Shown here in pieces: positions 47,484 through 56,509 of a stretch of 64,000 nt of DNA. Source of the DNA: a virus. Below the pieces are notes generated by a model. That model made no database searches, had not been told where the DNA came from, and saw only the letters and a program-made list of their open reading frames with translations. Position 1 is the first letter of the stretch; each line of letters starts with the position of its first letter. The stretch spans positions 4,251-68,250 of IMG/VR virus record IMGVR_UViG_3300046684_000188, one strand, 5' to 3'. The position numbers were made by a program, and so were the translations under genes.

Positions 47484-48608
47484 ATGGCAACACGACCCGT
47501 AGTATTCAGCGACGAGCAACTTCGAGAGATGGTCAACCAAGACTTTGGCGGGGTAGTAGCGCCCGGAGGACCAGGCGGCGGTCCCGCAACCGTCGAGCAC
47601 CACATTGCAGACCCCTCTACCGGCGTTATCAACACCGCGCGCACCGGCTATGTCCCGTCTCAGGCTGCAGCTATGGACGGCGGCATTGTCCGCGGTCGCG
47701 CTTACGATCACGCTTACATGGCGCTCAAGAATGCGGTCTTGAAGCGTATCTCGGCTACGGGGCTCCGTCCGTATACGCTGGTCAGCTTCCTCCCGATTCC
47801 GCTGATTGTGTGCTCCCCGATGGAATCTCTCCGCGTGCGCATCGCTCCAGCTCCTCACCCGGAAGACGTCGCAGCCGGCCGAGCGTACCCGTTCTCCTGG
47901 CACACATGGGATCAGCCCGCGATTGAAGTCATGGAGCGCGGCGAGAACACTAAGCAGCCATGGGAGTATCACCCCATCCAGCTCGCGCAAGAGTTCCTCG
48001 AGCAGTACAAGGAATACGGCGGAATCTACCTCTTTGAGGGCTACATGACGAAGGAAGTCATGGAGTCGGATAAGTTCCAAGAGGGTACGGAAGCCTGCAA
48101 AGAGGGCATGTTTGTATGGATGCGCTCGAAGATCGAAGAGGCAAATGCCGAGTGGAACAGCCCGAACCACATGGGAGCGAAGAACATCGTTGAATACCAC
48201 CGGCTCTGTGCGATGTGGCTGAAGCAGTACGGCATCATCGACAACCTCCCGGAGTGGATCACCGAAGCCCGGCGCCTGCAGGACGTTCAGGCCAAGTGTC
48301 CGCGCTGCAAGAATACGCCGCAGGCTGGCGCGCTGACCTGCACCGTCTGCAACGAGATCCTCGACCCGGCGCAAGCCTTCACCGAGGGATTCATCACCGA
48401 GGAGCACGCCGCACTCGAGCGCCTTACCCGCAAGCAGGTTGAGGAGCTGGGATGCTCGGCCTTCGTTGCGGAGACGGCAGACGAGCGGCCAGAACGGGTA
48501 AAGCAGGGTCTCCCCCGTCCCTTGTCGATCGCGCAGAAGCGGGCGCTCCAGTCGCAGGCGCAGAAGCTCGAGGGAGAAGAGCCGGGCACCGAAGGACGAA
48601 ATTGGTAA
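47484..48608 (+). CDS. Hypothetical protein with C-terminal Zn ribbon
   Basis: CPRC...CTVC, SD AGGAG. Confidence 0.7.
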   Translation: MATRPVVFSDEQLREMVNQDFGGVVAPGGPGGGPATVEHHIADPSTGVINTARTGYVPSQAAAMDGGIVRGRAYDHAYMALKNAVLKRISATGLRPYTLVSFLPIPLIVCSPMESLRVRIAPAPHPEDVAAGRAYPFSWHTWDQPAIEVMERGENTKQPWEYHPIQLAQEFLEQYKEYGGIYLFEGYMTKEVMESDKFQEGTEACKEGMFVWMRSKIEEANAEWNSPNHMGAKNIVEYHRLCAMWLKQYGIIDNLPEWITEARRLQDVQAKCPRCKNTPQAGALTCTVCNEILDPAQAFTEGFITEEHAALERLTRKQVEELGCSAFVAETADERPERVKQGLPRPLSIAQKRALQSQAQKLEGEEPGTEGRNW

Positions 48609-48626
48609 AGGAAACGAGGAGAGTAG

Positions 48627-49328
48627 ATGCTTCAGGACGCTAACGCCGTAGCCCAAAGAGCCGCTGCTCTCCTCGACGATCCGACGATGAGCCGTTACCC
48701 CATCGCGTATCAGCTCCCTTTCATCGACCAGTGTTACGACGTGCTCGACGTCCAGCTCGAGCAAGCCGGGATGCAGTACATCGAAGCAATCGCCATCGTG
48801 GATATTGCTGCGAACATCACCGACCTCTCCTATCTTCTGGTAGCCGGGCAAGCTCTGGCGACGATGAAGCTCCCCAAGGGCGTGTGGTGGAAGCTCACCG
48901 GACAGCCCGACATTATGTATCAGCCATCCATCGGCCCGGTTGGCGAGCTGACAGAGGTTCAGGACTCCGCCTCCGTTGGCGCTCTGCAATGGCGCTATGC
49001 GCAGGGAGCCATCCAAATCACACCCTCCGTCGAGACGATGACGCTCAAAATCTTCTATGACGTGGTGAGCACCAACGTTGTCGACCCTGATACCGGCGTA
49101 GTCCGCGGCACGGCTCATATCCTCGCCTTCGACGTTGCCTCCGAGATAGCGGGAGCCCGCAAGGGCATGGAGCAGCGTTCGGCGGCGCTCGCACTCAAGA
49201 GAACGCGAGCATGGCAGGCGTTCAAAGACGTCATCGTAAAGAATCAGCAGTCCAACCCGGTTGAGGCGAAGCCGTTGCATGGCACCCTCCGGATGGGAGA
49301 CCCCTTTATCCGCGCGTCTGGAACCTAA
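48627..49328 (+). CDS. Head-tail adaptor (putative)
   Basis: RAAALLDD..MSRY....LPFIDQ N-terminus, size and position typical of podoviral adaptors. Confidence 0.55.
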   Translation: MLQDANAVAQRAAALLDDPTMSRYPIAYQLPFIDQCYDVLDVQLEQAGMQYIEAIAIVDIAANITDLSYLLVAGQALATMKLPKGVWWKLTGQPDIMYQPSIGPVGELTEVQDSASVGALQWRYAQGAIQITPSVETMTLKIFYDVVSTNVVDPDTGVVRGTAHILAFDVASEIAGARKGMEQRSAALALKRTRAWQAFKDVIVKNQQSNPVEAKPLHGTLRMGDPFIRASGT

Positions 49329-49382
49329 GACGCCTCAACCGCAGCGAACTTCCGAACCCGCGAAAGCGCAGGAGGAATCACA

Positions 49383-49766
49383 ATGGCAGTAGCAATTACC
49401 GCACTCAAGCCCCTACCCAGCCGTCGCAACATCCAGAAGCGTTACAGCCTGGCCCTCACCGGCAACTATGCAACGGGTGGTGTGGCTCTGGACCTCTCGA
49501 CGATCCTCAATCCCAGCTTCTACGAAGCGGTCAACTTCGGTGGACCCGGGCTCCCAGCTCTCAGCCAGTTCAGCGTTGTGGCCCCCGCGGGCTATGAGGT
49601 TGAGGTTGTCTCCTCGGGCGTAGGATCACCGACCCTGGCGACGGGCTTCTTGCTGAAGTTCTACACCACGGCGGCAACCGAAGTTGCAGCGGGCGCGTTC
49701 CCTGCAGGGCTGACGGGCTCCCCCACTTACCTTACGGTTTCAGTCAACTCTTACACCCAAGTCTAG
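49383..49766 (+). CDS. Small virion structural protein
   Basis: MAVAIT start, GNYATGG motif, SD GGAGG. Confidence 0.55.
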   Translation: MAVAITALKPLPSRRNIQKRYSLALTGNYATGGVALDLSTILNPSFYEAVNFGGPGLPALSQFSVVAPAGYEVEVVSSGVGSPTLATGFLLKFYTTAATEVAAGAFPAGLTGSPTYLTVSVNSYTQV

Positions 49767-49778
49767 GCGCGAGGACGG

Positions 49779-52532
49779 ATGGACTTCGGAGACGCAAAAC
49801 CTCAAATTGTCCCTCGCTTCGGCTCTGCCGTCTTTTGGGACAATGAAACACAGTTGCCGCTAGGGCTGGCGCGGGATGTGACGAACTGCCGCTACCGCGC
49901 TCAGTCCATAGCGACACGCTGGGGCTTCGACGTGCGCCTCCGCTTTGGCATACAAGGCTCGAGGCTCACCGGTCTCCAGAACATCCGTTACCTGGCTCCG
50001 TCGAACAACGGCGACGAGATAATCAAGCTTCTCGGCTACACCGCGGTCGACGGCAATATCTACTCTGCCACCCCGTTCCAGCAGCCGAGCGTTACCCAGC
50101 TCACCACAGACGCGGCGCTGGCGAATATGAACCTCCCGCGCATCGCCAACCTCAACCCGCGCATCATTCAAGCCTTCAACAAGGGCATCGTCGCGCAGGG
50201 CAATCTCGCGCAGGGCATCGGAAACCCGATGATTTACGACCCGGAGCAGGGCACCATCGACCCCGTATCCGACAAGCCAGTCGGAACCCCATGGACGCCA
50301 TTGACCCGCTTTCGCGTCGGTCAGATGGTCTCTCCCTCCGAATTCATCACCAACGGGCTCCCGGCAATTCAGGGCGTATGGCACCCGCTCATCACCGGAC
50401 ACCTCTACCGGGTTACCTCCTACACCGGCACCGGGCAGACTGGAAGCGCACAGCCGGGTTGGCCTATCACGCCTGGCGCCATAGTCGTCTCGGGCGATAT
50501 CACCTTCACCGAGGACACTCCCACAGCCGGAGCCGGTCTCCCCGACCCCTTCGCTCCCCTCTTCGTTGCCGAGCCTTCCGACGCGGGCTCCCCGATTATC
50601 GACGGCGCATGGGTCTATGTCGTTCTGACCTACGTTTCGGCAGTGGGAGAGAGCACCAACGACCTCACCGACACCAACGGCCAACTCGACCACTCTAAAG
50701 TTTTTGTCTACCACAACCAGACAGGCGGGCCCGTCGACCTAACCATGGTGACTCCGCCGATTCCTGCAGCATTAGGCACTGGTGGACCTTACGGCGCGGC
50801 GGGCGCGACTGGATACAACGCCTATGCGTACATCATCCAGACCGGCCTCCCGGATCAGTCGAAGATTATTGACCCGACCTACTACGCGCAGTACGCGGCG
50901 AGCATAGCGGGCGCAACCAACTTCACCCTCAACGCTTACCCGACCGGCCCGGCGCTCCCAGCCGTGAATACGGCCAACATCTCCGGCGAGGGCAACGTCG
51001 ACCCCGGGCTCCGTTATATGGTCGTCATCTTCGAGACGAGGACGGCGTACCAGACCGGGTTTACCCGCTCGGCACCGATACCGGTAGACATTTCTAACAG
51101 TGGGCGGAGAATCAGGGTTCCGAATCTTCCCATCGGACCTTACAACTGCACGGCTCGAATCTGCGGGTTCACCGTCGCCGGAGCCTCCGCAGCCGGCCCC
51201 TACGCCTACGTTGCGCAGGACGACGTCGAAAGCCCGGGATTCAACCAGCCGGATATACCGATCACGTCGACCCGCATCAACGACAACACGACGACCAACA
51301 TAGAGTTCAACATCACCGACTCTTACCTCCCTGGCGCCACAGACATTACGAGCTATCTGCAGCGGGTGGAAGTGACAGACGCCTCGGACGTCTATTTCTC
51401 GAAGTCCCTGCTTCGCGTGGTCTACACCGGCATGGAGGGCTTCCCCTCCGCCTTCATCGTCTCGGACGTGCAAGACCCGGAGGCTATCCGCATCCCGGGC
51501 TCGAACCTTCCAGTGGCCGAAGCGGACGGCGACCGCTGCGTCTGCTTCCGTGAGTTCCGCGAGAACCAACTAGCTCTCAAGGAAAACTCCGGATACGCCA
51601 TCGTCCCGAATGACGGCGACCCGTCGACATGGGCGACGAATAGACTCTGGGGTGGATCCGGACCCACTGGCTCGAAGGCAGTAGCAGTAGGGCTCGACAA
51701 CGACAATCAGACCGAGTTCCTTGCTTACGCGCACCGCAGCGGCGCTTTCCGGTTTACCGGAGGACAGCCCCAGCTCATCAACCGCGAGCTGATAGGCACG
51801 CAGGACCAGCCCGGATGGTGGGACCGTATCAACTGGACCTACGGCTATCTGATTCAGGTAACGATCGACGAGAAGCGGCGGGAGCTGCGCTTTGCCGTTC
51901 CCTTCGATGGATCGCAGACGCGGAATAAGGTTCTGACCTGCAACTACCAGTACGGGTGGGAGGAGCCGGTTGTCTTCGCGGTACGCCAGGGGAGGATGAT
52001 TCCCAACCTCAACGGGCGGAAGTGGTCCCTTGACGACGTCACGGCGGAGGAAACCTGCTACGTTCCTCGGCGCTACGATCCGGACGGCTCGCAAGTCAAC
52101 GTTGCGCTCACCGAGGAGCTTATGGTCGGTGGACCGGATGGCGCGCTCCGCACCCTCAAGGAGGGGCAGTACTTCGACGATGCCTATGACGGCATTACCA
52201 AGGTCGGCTATATGTCGAAGTGGGACGGAGTCGTTGGGCCCGGAGCCTCACTTGCGCTCTACCAGCTAGAGGGCGCTTCCTGCTCGGCTATCGGGCATGG
52301 TCCCATCAACGTCTACGCACGCGACGATCAGGGCGTCTACTACCCGCTGTCGACCCCACAGAGGACGTGGACGCTTACGACGACCGAGTCGCAGCGAGAC
52401 TTTGGCGTGGTCGGCATCGAGGAGCGATGCTTCGGAATCGGGTTCGACAATGGCGGGATAGCTGATAACTGGTTTGAGATGCACGTTGCGAACCTCTGGC
52501 TTACCCCGACCTTCCAGACCAGAACGGGCTAA
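49779..52532 (+). CDS. Tail nozzle / DNA-stabilisation protein (P22 gp10 / T7 gp12-like)
   Basis: 917 aa, beta-propeller-like composition, WDRINW motif, position after the adaptor. Confidence 0.6.
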   Translation: MDFGDAKPQIVPRFGSAVFWDNETQLPLGLARDVTNCRYRAQSIATRWGFDVRLRFGIQGSRLTGLQNIRYLAPSNNGDEIIKLLGYTAVDGNIYSATPFQQPSVTQLTTDAALANMNLPRIANLNPRIIQAFNKGIVAQGNLAQGIGNPMIYDPEQGTIDPVSDKPVGTPWTPLTRFRVGQMVSPSEFITNGLPAIQGVWHPLITGHLYRVTSYTGTGQTGSAQPGWPITPGAIVVSGDITFTEDTPTAGAGLPDPFAPLFVAEPSDAGSPIIDGAWVYVVLTYVSAVGESTNDLTDTNGQLDHSKVFVYHNQTGGPVDLTMVTPPIPAALGTGGPYGAAGATGYNAYAYIIQTGLPDQSKIIDPTYYAQYAASIAGATNFTLNAYPTGPALPAVNTANISGEGNVDPGLRYMVVIFETRTAYQTGFTRSAPIPVDISNSGRRIRVPNLPIGPYNCTARICGFTVAGASAAGPYAYVAQDDVESPGFNQPDIPITSTRINDNTTTNIEFNITDSYLPGATDITSYLQRVEVTDASDVYFSKSLLRVVYTGMEGFPSAFIVSDVQDPEAIRIPGSNLPVAEADGDRCVCFREFRENQLALKENSGYAIVPNDGDPSTWATNRLWGGSGPTGSKAVAVGLDNDNQTEFLAYAHRSGAFRFTGGQPQLINRELIGTQDQPGWWDRINWTYGYLIQVTIDEKRRELRFAVPFDGSQTRNKVLTCNYQYGWEEPVVFAVRQGRMIPNLNGRKWSLDDVTAEETCYVPRRYDPDGSQVNVALTEELMVGGPDGALRTLKEGQYFDDAYDGITKVGYMSKWDGVVGPGASLALYQLEGASCSAIGHGPINVYARDDQGVYYPLSTPQRTWTLTTTESQRDFGVVGIEERCFGIGFDNGGIADNWFEMHVANLWLTPTFQTRTG

Positions 52533-54047
52533 ATGGCAAAGACAAACGTAATCCCGGTCCAGAAGATTCAGCAGGCGGCGGGCAACAACTCGGAGCTGCG
52601 CGAGATCCTGCAGGCACTCTCGAACACTGGAAACCTGCAGCTCACCGCAACCAACACGGCTATAAAGAACACCCCGCCACAGGTACGCGCAGACGTATCC
52701 TTCTTGGCCAAGTCCACGGCTTACGTTGTACAAATCACCAACCCGGGCGCGGTCTCTCCGGTATCCGCGATTCAGGCGACCGAGGCGAGGCAAAACGCTA
52801 CAGCCTCCTCGAACATCGCAAACGTGGTCTCTATCTACCACCAAATCAGGGTTGCAACCTCGCCGCGCTTCTCCATCTCGGACAACGTCCAGACCTTCGG
52901 CGGCGATACCGGCTCCACGCAAACCTACTGGGAGATAAGCTCTCTCGGCTCCGGCCTCTGGTACTTTCAGGTCCGCTCGAGCTATGACGGAGTCAACTGG
53001 AACCTCTGGAAGAACGCCAACGGCGGGCAGACGATCACCGGCCGCATTGAGGGCGTCACCGTGGAGGACGTCACCAACGGCGCGGCGGCGCTCTTCTCGC
53101 TCTCGGGAAACCAACTCTTTGCAGCGATGGCATCCTTCGCGGCAGACGGGCAGAGCATCGGCGTACCCAGCGAGCTTTATACCTCTGCGATGCTGGCGAT
53201 AGCTGGACCCAACGGATTCCAACCCCAGCCGTCCAACCTGGCGCACGGTATCATCGCCAACGAGGTAGATATCCCGACTCCGAGCCCGCTCCCGGGTGGA
53301 TCTGGACCTCCGGATTATCCGGCCTACGTCCGCGAGCAGTATCAAGACGGTCAATCGCACGTTTGGAGTGGCAGCGCGAACGTCTTCGCCTTCCTCTATG
53401 ACCCTCTGGCCGACAATTACAACCTTCAGGCGACCTCGGATGGGCTCTGGGTAGACTTCCAACTCCCCGGCGGCGCTCACTTCACCATCGGCGCAGGCGT
53501 CACCGCGGACGGCGCTGCTATCGGTCTCCCCTCCGACTTCCCATGGGTGGTGGTAAGCCGGCTGCTGTCGATCGTATCCCCCAACGTGGGGTTCAACGCT
53601 ACCCGGCAAGCTCGAGGAATCACTCAATCGGTCATCACTGGCGGGGTGATGCACTGCCAGTTCGAAGACACGACCGCACATGCTTGGTCGGCAACGGGAA
53701 ATTGGCTGGCCTTCTCGTGGAGCGCGGGATATCCGGTTGTGGGCGTCTCCGGAGGGCAGTGGCTACCGTTCGTCACTCCCAGCGGGACAAAGGTAGCGTT
53801 TGGAGCTGGGTCAGGGCCAAACGGCTCGGCTCTGGCGCTACCGGTAGCAGCGGGCGCGTTCACCTCGGACAAGATGCTCGGCATCGCTACCCCGGCGAGC
53901 GCGGCGGCGACGTCGCACCCCATGGCAGGCGTCTACAAGTGCGCCATCAATCCCGGTACACCGCCAACGCTAGAAACCACTTACACTGACACCCAGGGGA
54001 ACTACTGGAACGGTTCCGTAAACTGGATGGCCTTTGCATGGGAGTGA
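52533..54047 (+). CDS. Tail appendage protein with C-terminal tandem ~100-aa lectin-like repeats
   Basis: Three repeats ending Y/F..D...H/N.W.G/A..NW.AF.W. Confidence 0.55.
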   Translation: MAKTNVIPVQKIQQAAGNNSELREILQALSNTGNLQLTATNTAIKNTPPQVRADVSFLAKSTAYVVQITNPGAVSPVSAIQATEARQNATASSNIANVVSIYHQIRVATSPRFSISDNVQTFGGDTGSTQTYWEISSLGSGLWYFQVRSSYDGVNWNLWKNANGGQTITGRIEGVTVEDVTNGAAALFSLSGNQLFAAMASFAADGQSIGVPSELYTSAMLAIAGPNGFQPQPSNLAHGIIANEVDIPTPSPLPGGSGPPDYPAYVREQYQDGQSHVWSGSANVFAFLYDPLADNYNLQATSDGLWVDFQLPGGAHFTIGAGVTADGAAIGLPSDFPWVVVSRLLSIVSPNVGFNATRQARGITQSVITGGVMHCQFEDTTAHAWSATGNWLAFSWSAGYPVVGVSGGQWLPFVTPSGTKVAFGAGSGPNGSALALPVAAGAFTSDKMLGIATPASAAATSHPMAGVYKCAINPGTPPTLETTYTDTQGNYWNGSVNWMAFAWE

Positions 54048-54478
54048 GCTGGCAGGAGTGGCGCTTATCGGTAGACGGTCTGACCTGGCGCGTTGCGGGC
54101 AAGGAAGACGCGGAGGCGATAGCGGACGTCCTGTTGCTCGAGTCGCGGAAGCACGGTCCAGCCGATATCCCGAACCTTTTCGATAAACCCGTCCTTCTCA
54201 CCCTTGTCGCCGAAGACGAGAACGGCGTCATTGTCGACGGAGTCTACATCGAGGCTGTCGCGGAGGTTATCAAGTTCGCGACCGATCGCCGAGCGTTTGC
54301 AGCCCATGACGCTCTTCTCCCTGTAATTGGCGGGTTTCTGCAGGAGCGCGGGCTCCGCATTGCGCAGATGACTACCTTGAAACGATGGGCGAATGCCATG
54401 GCTCCGGCGCTCGAGCGGTTAGGGTTCAAGCGTCAAGACGGAAAGTATTCTCTCTGGGTCCGGAGAGTAGCGGATTAG
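54038..54478 (+). CDS. GNAT-fold protein (P22 gp14-like position)
   Basis: WRVAGKEDAEAI, LVAEDENGVIV, ALERLGFK. Confidence 0.6.
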   Translation: MGVSWQEWRLSVDGLTWRVAGKEDAEAIADVLLLESRKHGPADIPNLFDKPVLLTLVAEDENGVIVDGVYIEAVAEVIKFATDRRAFAAHDALLPVIGGFLQERGLRIAQMTTLKRWANAMAPALERLGFKRQDGKYSLWVRRVAD

Positions 54479-54488
54479 GGAAAGAGGC

Positions 54489-54520
54489 TTGCCAAGGTTG
54501 CGCTAAATGGTATTCTCCCC
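54489..54520 (+). promoter_or_regulatory. Promoter (TTGCCA-16 nt-TATTCT) for the ejection-protein operon
   Basis: AATGGTATTCTCCCC motif. ATG lies 10 nt after the -10 box with no SD. Confidence 0.65.
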
Positions 54521-54526
54521 TCCGCG

Positions 54527-55096
54527 ATGGCGAAACCCGGGCAGACAGCGAACCAAGACGCCGTAAACGACTACTCCAAGTGGGAGGGCAACGCGCTCTC
54601 CGGGTATAACACCGACGTCGGCAACTTCGTCTCGAATACCAACTCTGCGATAGCTCAGGGTAACCCCTACGAAAGTAAGTCCTACCTCACCAACCAGAAC
54701 ATCCTGACCTCGGGCGCGATGAATTCCGCCAAGACCGCGGCCAACGCTGCGACCGCAGACACCGCGCGCAGGACCGGAGGCAACACCGCAGCCGTCCAGG
54801 CATCGCGGGACGCTACCGCACAGGGTCTATCCCGGCAACAGACGCAGTACAACGCGCAGCGGGATACGGACAACCTCGACAAGTGGCTCGGCCAGCGGCA
54901 GCAGCTCTACAAGAATCAACTCGACGCGGCAAACTCCGAGGCGAATATCTACGGCTCGTCCGTCGCAGGCCGCTCGAATGGAGCCTCCAACCTCGCCGAC
55001 CTCGACAAAGCGAAGATGGCGATGACCAGCGGAATCATCTCCGGAGCATTAGGCGCGGGTGGAACGGGCGTAGGCGCATGGCTCGGGAGGAAATAG
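54527..55096 (+). CDS. Internal virion / DNA ejection protein (gp7-like)
   Basis: Ala/Asn/Gln-rich helical protein with Gly-rich hydrophobic C-terminus, typical position. Confidence 0.55.
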   Translation: MAKPGQTANQDAVNDYSKWEGNALSGYNTDVGNFVSNTNSAIAQGNPYESKSYLTNQNILTSGAMNSAKTAANAATADTARRTGGNTAAVQASRDATAQGLSRQQTQYNAQRDTDNLDKWLGQRQQLYKNQLDAANSEANIYGSSVAGRSNGASNLADLDKAKMAMTSGIISGALGAGGTGVGAWLGRK

Positions 55097-55099
55097 CCC

Positions 55100-56503
55100 A
55101 TGGCTTACGGCGAAGATTCGCTCCCGTACTACATCCAGCGTCCAGACGACGAGGAAGAGCCTACCTTTGGCGCCTCGCTTGACTCCGCTTATAAGAACGA
55201 TAGTGCGTCGGCATTGCCTCCGACTGCCATGCCGATGGGCGCGGGCGCTGGGGTTACTCCCCAACCCGCGCTGACGGCACCCTCTGTACCTGTCATTGAC
55301 CGCTCCCAGTTCGACCGCTGGAGCCGGGCGAAGCAGGTAGATGCGGTTCCCACCGATCGTAACGACGCCTCGGTAAAGCCTCGCCTCTGGGAACGCCTCG
55401 CAGGCGGGCTCTCGGCTGCGGCGATGGCCTACGGACACGTCCCGGGCGCGCTCGAGACTGGCCAGAACATCACCGACCGGCGCTACAACCGGGCAGAGGA
55501 GCAGCGGCAAGGGCGTCTCCAAGCCGACCAGACAGGGTTGGACGCCGAGCAGGCCAACATCGCCGCACAGAATCAGGAGTACGACCAGCGGCTCAAGAAC
55601 TTCAATGCGCAGGACCGGGCGCAGTACTGGCAGACGCTCAACGCCAACCGGGCGGCGCAAGAGCAGCAGCGGTTACAGGGCATCGCTCCGGGCTCGGAAG
55701 CTCCCGACGATCCGAACAACCCATTGGGCACATGGAGCGCGAGGACCATCGGCGGGCAGAAGATCGCGGTTCAGGCTCCCGACAGGTTTACCAAGTCTCC
55801 CGCGGGCATCTCCGCGCAGCGTGAAGCAGACGTCAAGCGTCTCGGTCTCAAGGGCGACGAGGCTAAGTACTACCGCGCCAACGGCAAGCTCAAGGAGCCC
55901 ACGGCGACCACCAACGTCCACATCCCGAGTGCTGAGTCGCAGGAGTATAACGACTGGAAGAAGCAGTTCACCCAGGAGACCGGTCATGCTCCGACCGCGG
56001 CGGATACACAAACATATCGTCATGGTGGTGCGGGTAAGGGTACTAAAGTCCGGATGGGGACACCCGCGCAGTTCTCCCAGCTCGACAAGGACACTCAAGC
56101 TCAGTACACCAAGGCGGAGGCTGACTATCGGGTTGCAGCGGCCAACGCGCAAACCGATGAGGAACGCGCGGCCGCGCTTGCGGACCTCAATGTTTCGAAG
56201 ACCAAGATAGGCGCAGATCACTCGGACAGGCTCCGCGACCTTGGCGGAATCCCCGCTGAGGATAGCCAAAGAAGTGGTGGGAATGCGGCCCCGGCTCCGG
56301 CAGCTCCTCCCTCACAACCTGCGCCCAAGCCGGCGGCTTCGGCCCCGGCGGCGCAGGCACCCCCACAAACCGCGCCTCAGACCGCAAAGGTCGGAAATAA
56401 AACGCTAAAAGTGGGTGATCCCGTTCAATTACCGGATGGAAGCCAAGGTATAGTTACAGGGATAAATCCGCAGACCGGTAAACCTATAGTCAAAAGGAAG
56501 TAA
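55100..56503 (+). CDS. Internal virion / DNA ejection protein (gp20-like)
   Basis: Gln/Ala-rich coiled coil, Pro linker, small C-terminal SH3-like domain. Confidence 0.55.
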   Translation: MAYGEDSLPYYIQRPDDEEEPTFGASLDSAYKNDSASALPPTAMPMGAGAGVTPQPALTAPSVPVIDRSQFDRWSRAKQVDAVPTDRNDASVKPRLWERLAGGLSAAAMAYGHVPGALETGQNITDRRYNRAEEQRQGRLQADQTGLDAEQANIAAQNQEYDQRLKNFNAQDRAQYWQTLNANRAAQEQQRLQGIAPGSEAPDDPNNPLGTWSARTIGGQKIAVQAPDRFTKSPAGISAQREADVKRLGLKGDEAKYYRANGKLKEPTATTNVHIPSAESQEYNDWKKQFTQETGHAPTAADTQTYRHGGAGKGTKVRMGTPAQFSQLDKDTQAQYTKAEADYRVAAANAQTDEERAAALADLNVSKTKIGADHSDRLRDLGGIPAEDSQRSGGNAAPAPAAPPSQPAPKPAASAPAAQAPPQTAPQTAKVGNKTLKVGDPVQLPDGSQGIVTGINPQTGKPIVKRK

Positions 56504-56509
56504 GCCCCT

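Noticed and set aside
49329-49382. tRNA or other RNA gene in the intergenic gap
   Set aside because: Only a short GCGAAAGC hairpin is present, with no cloverleaf or T-loop.
45187-53681. Long antisense ORFs (45187-46746, 47454-49280, 52266-53681)
   Set aside because: They are shadow ORFs opposite well-supported genes, expected from GC-rich codon bias, with no motifs or SD.
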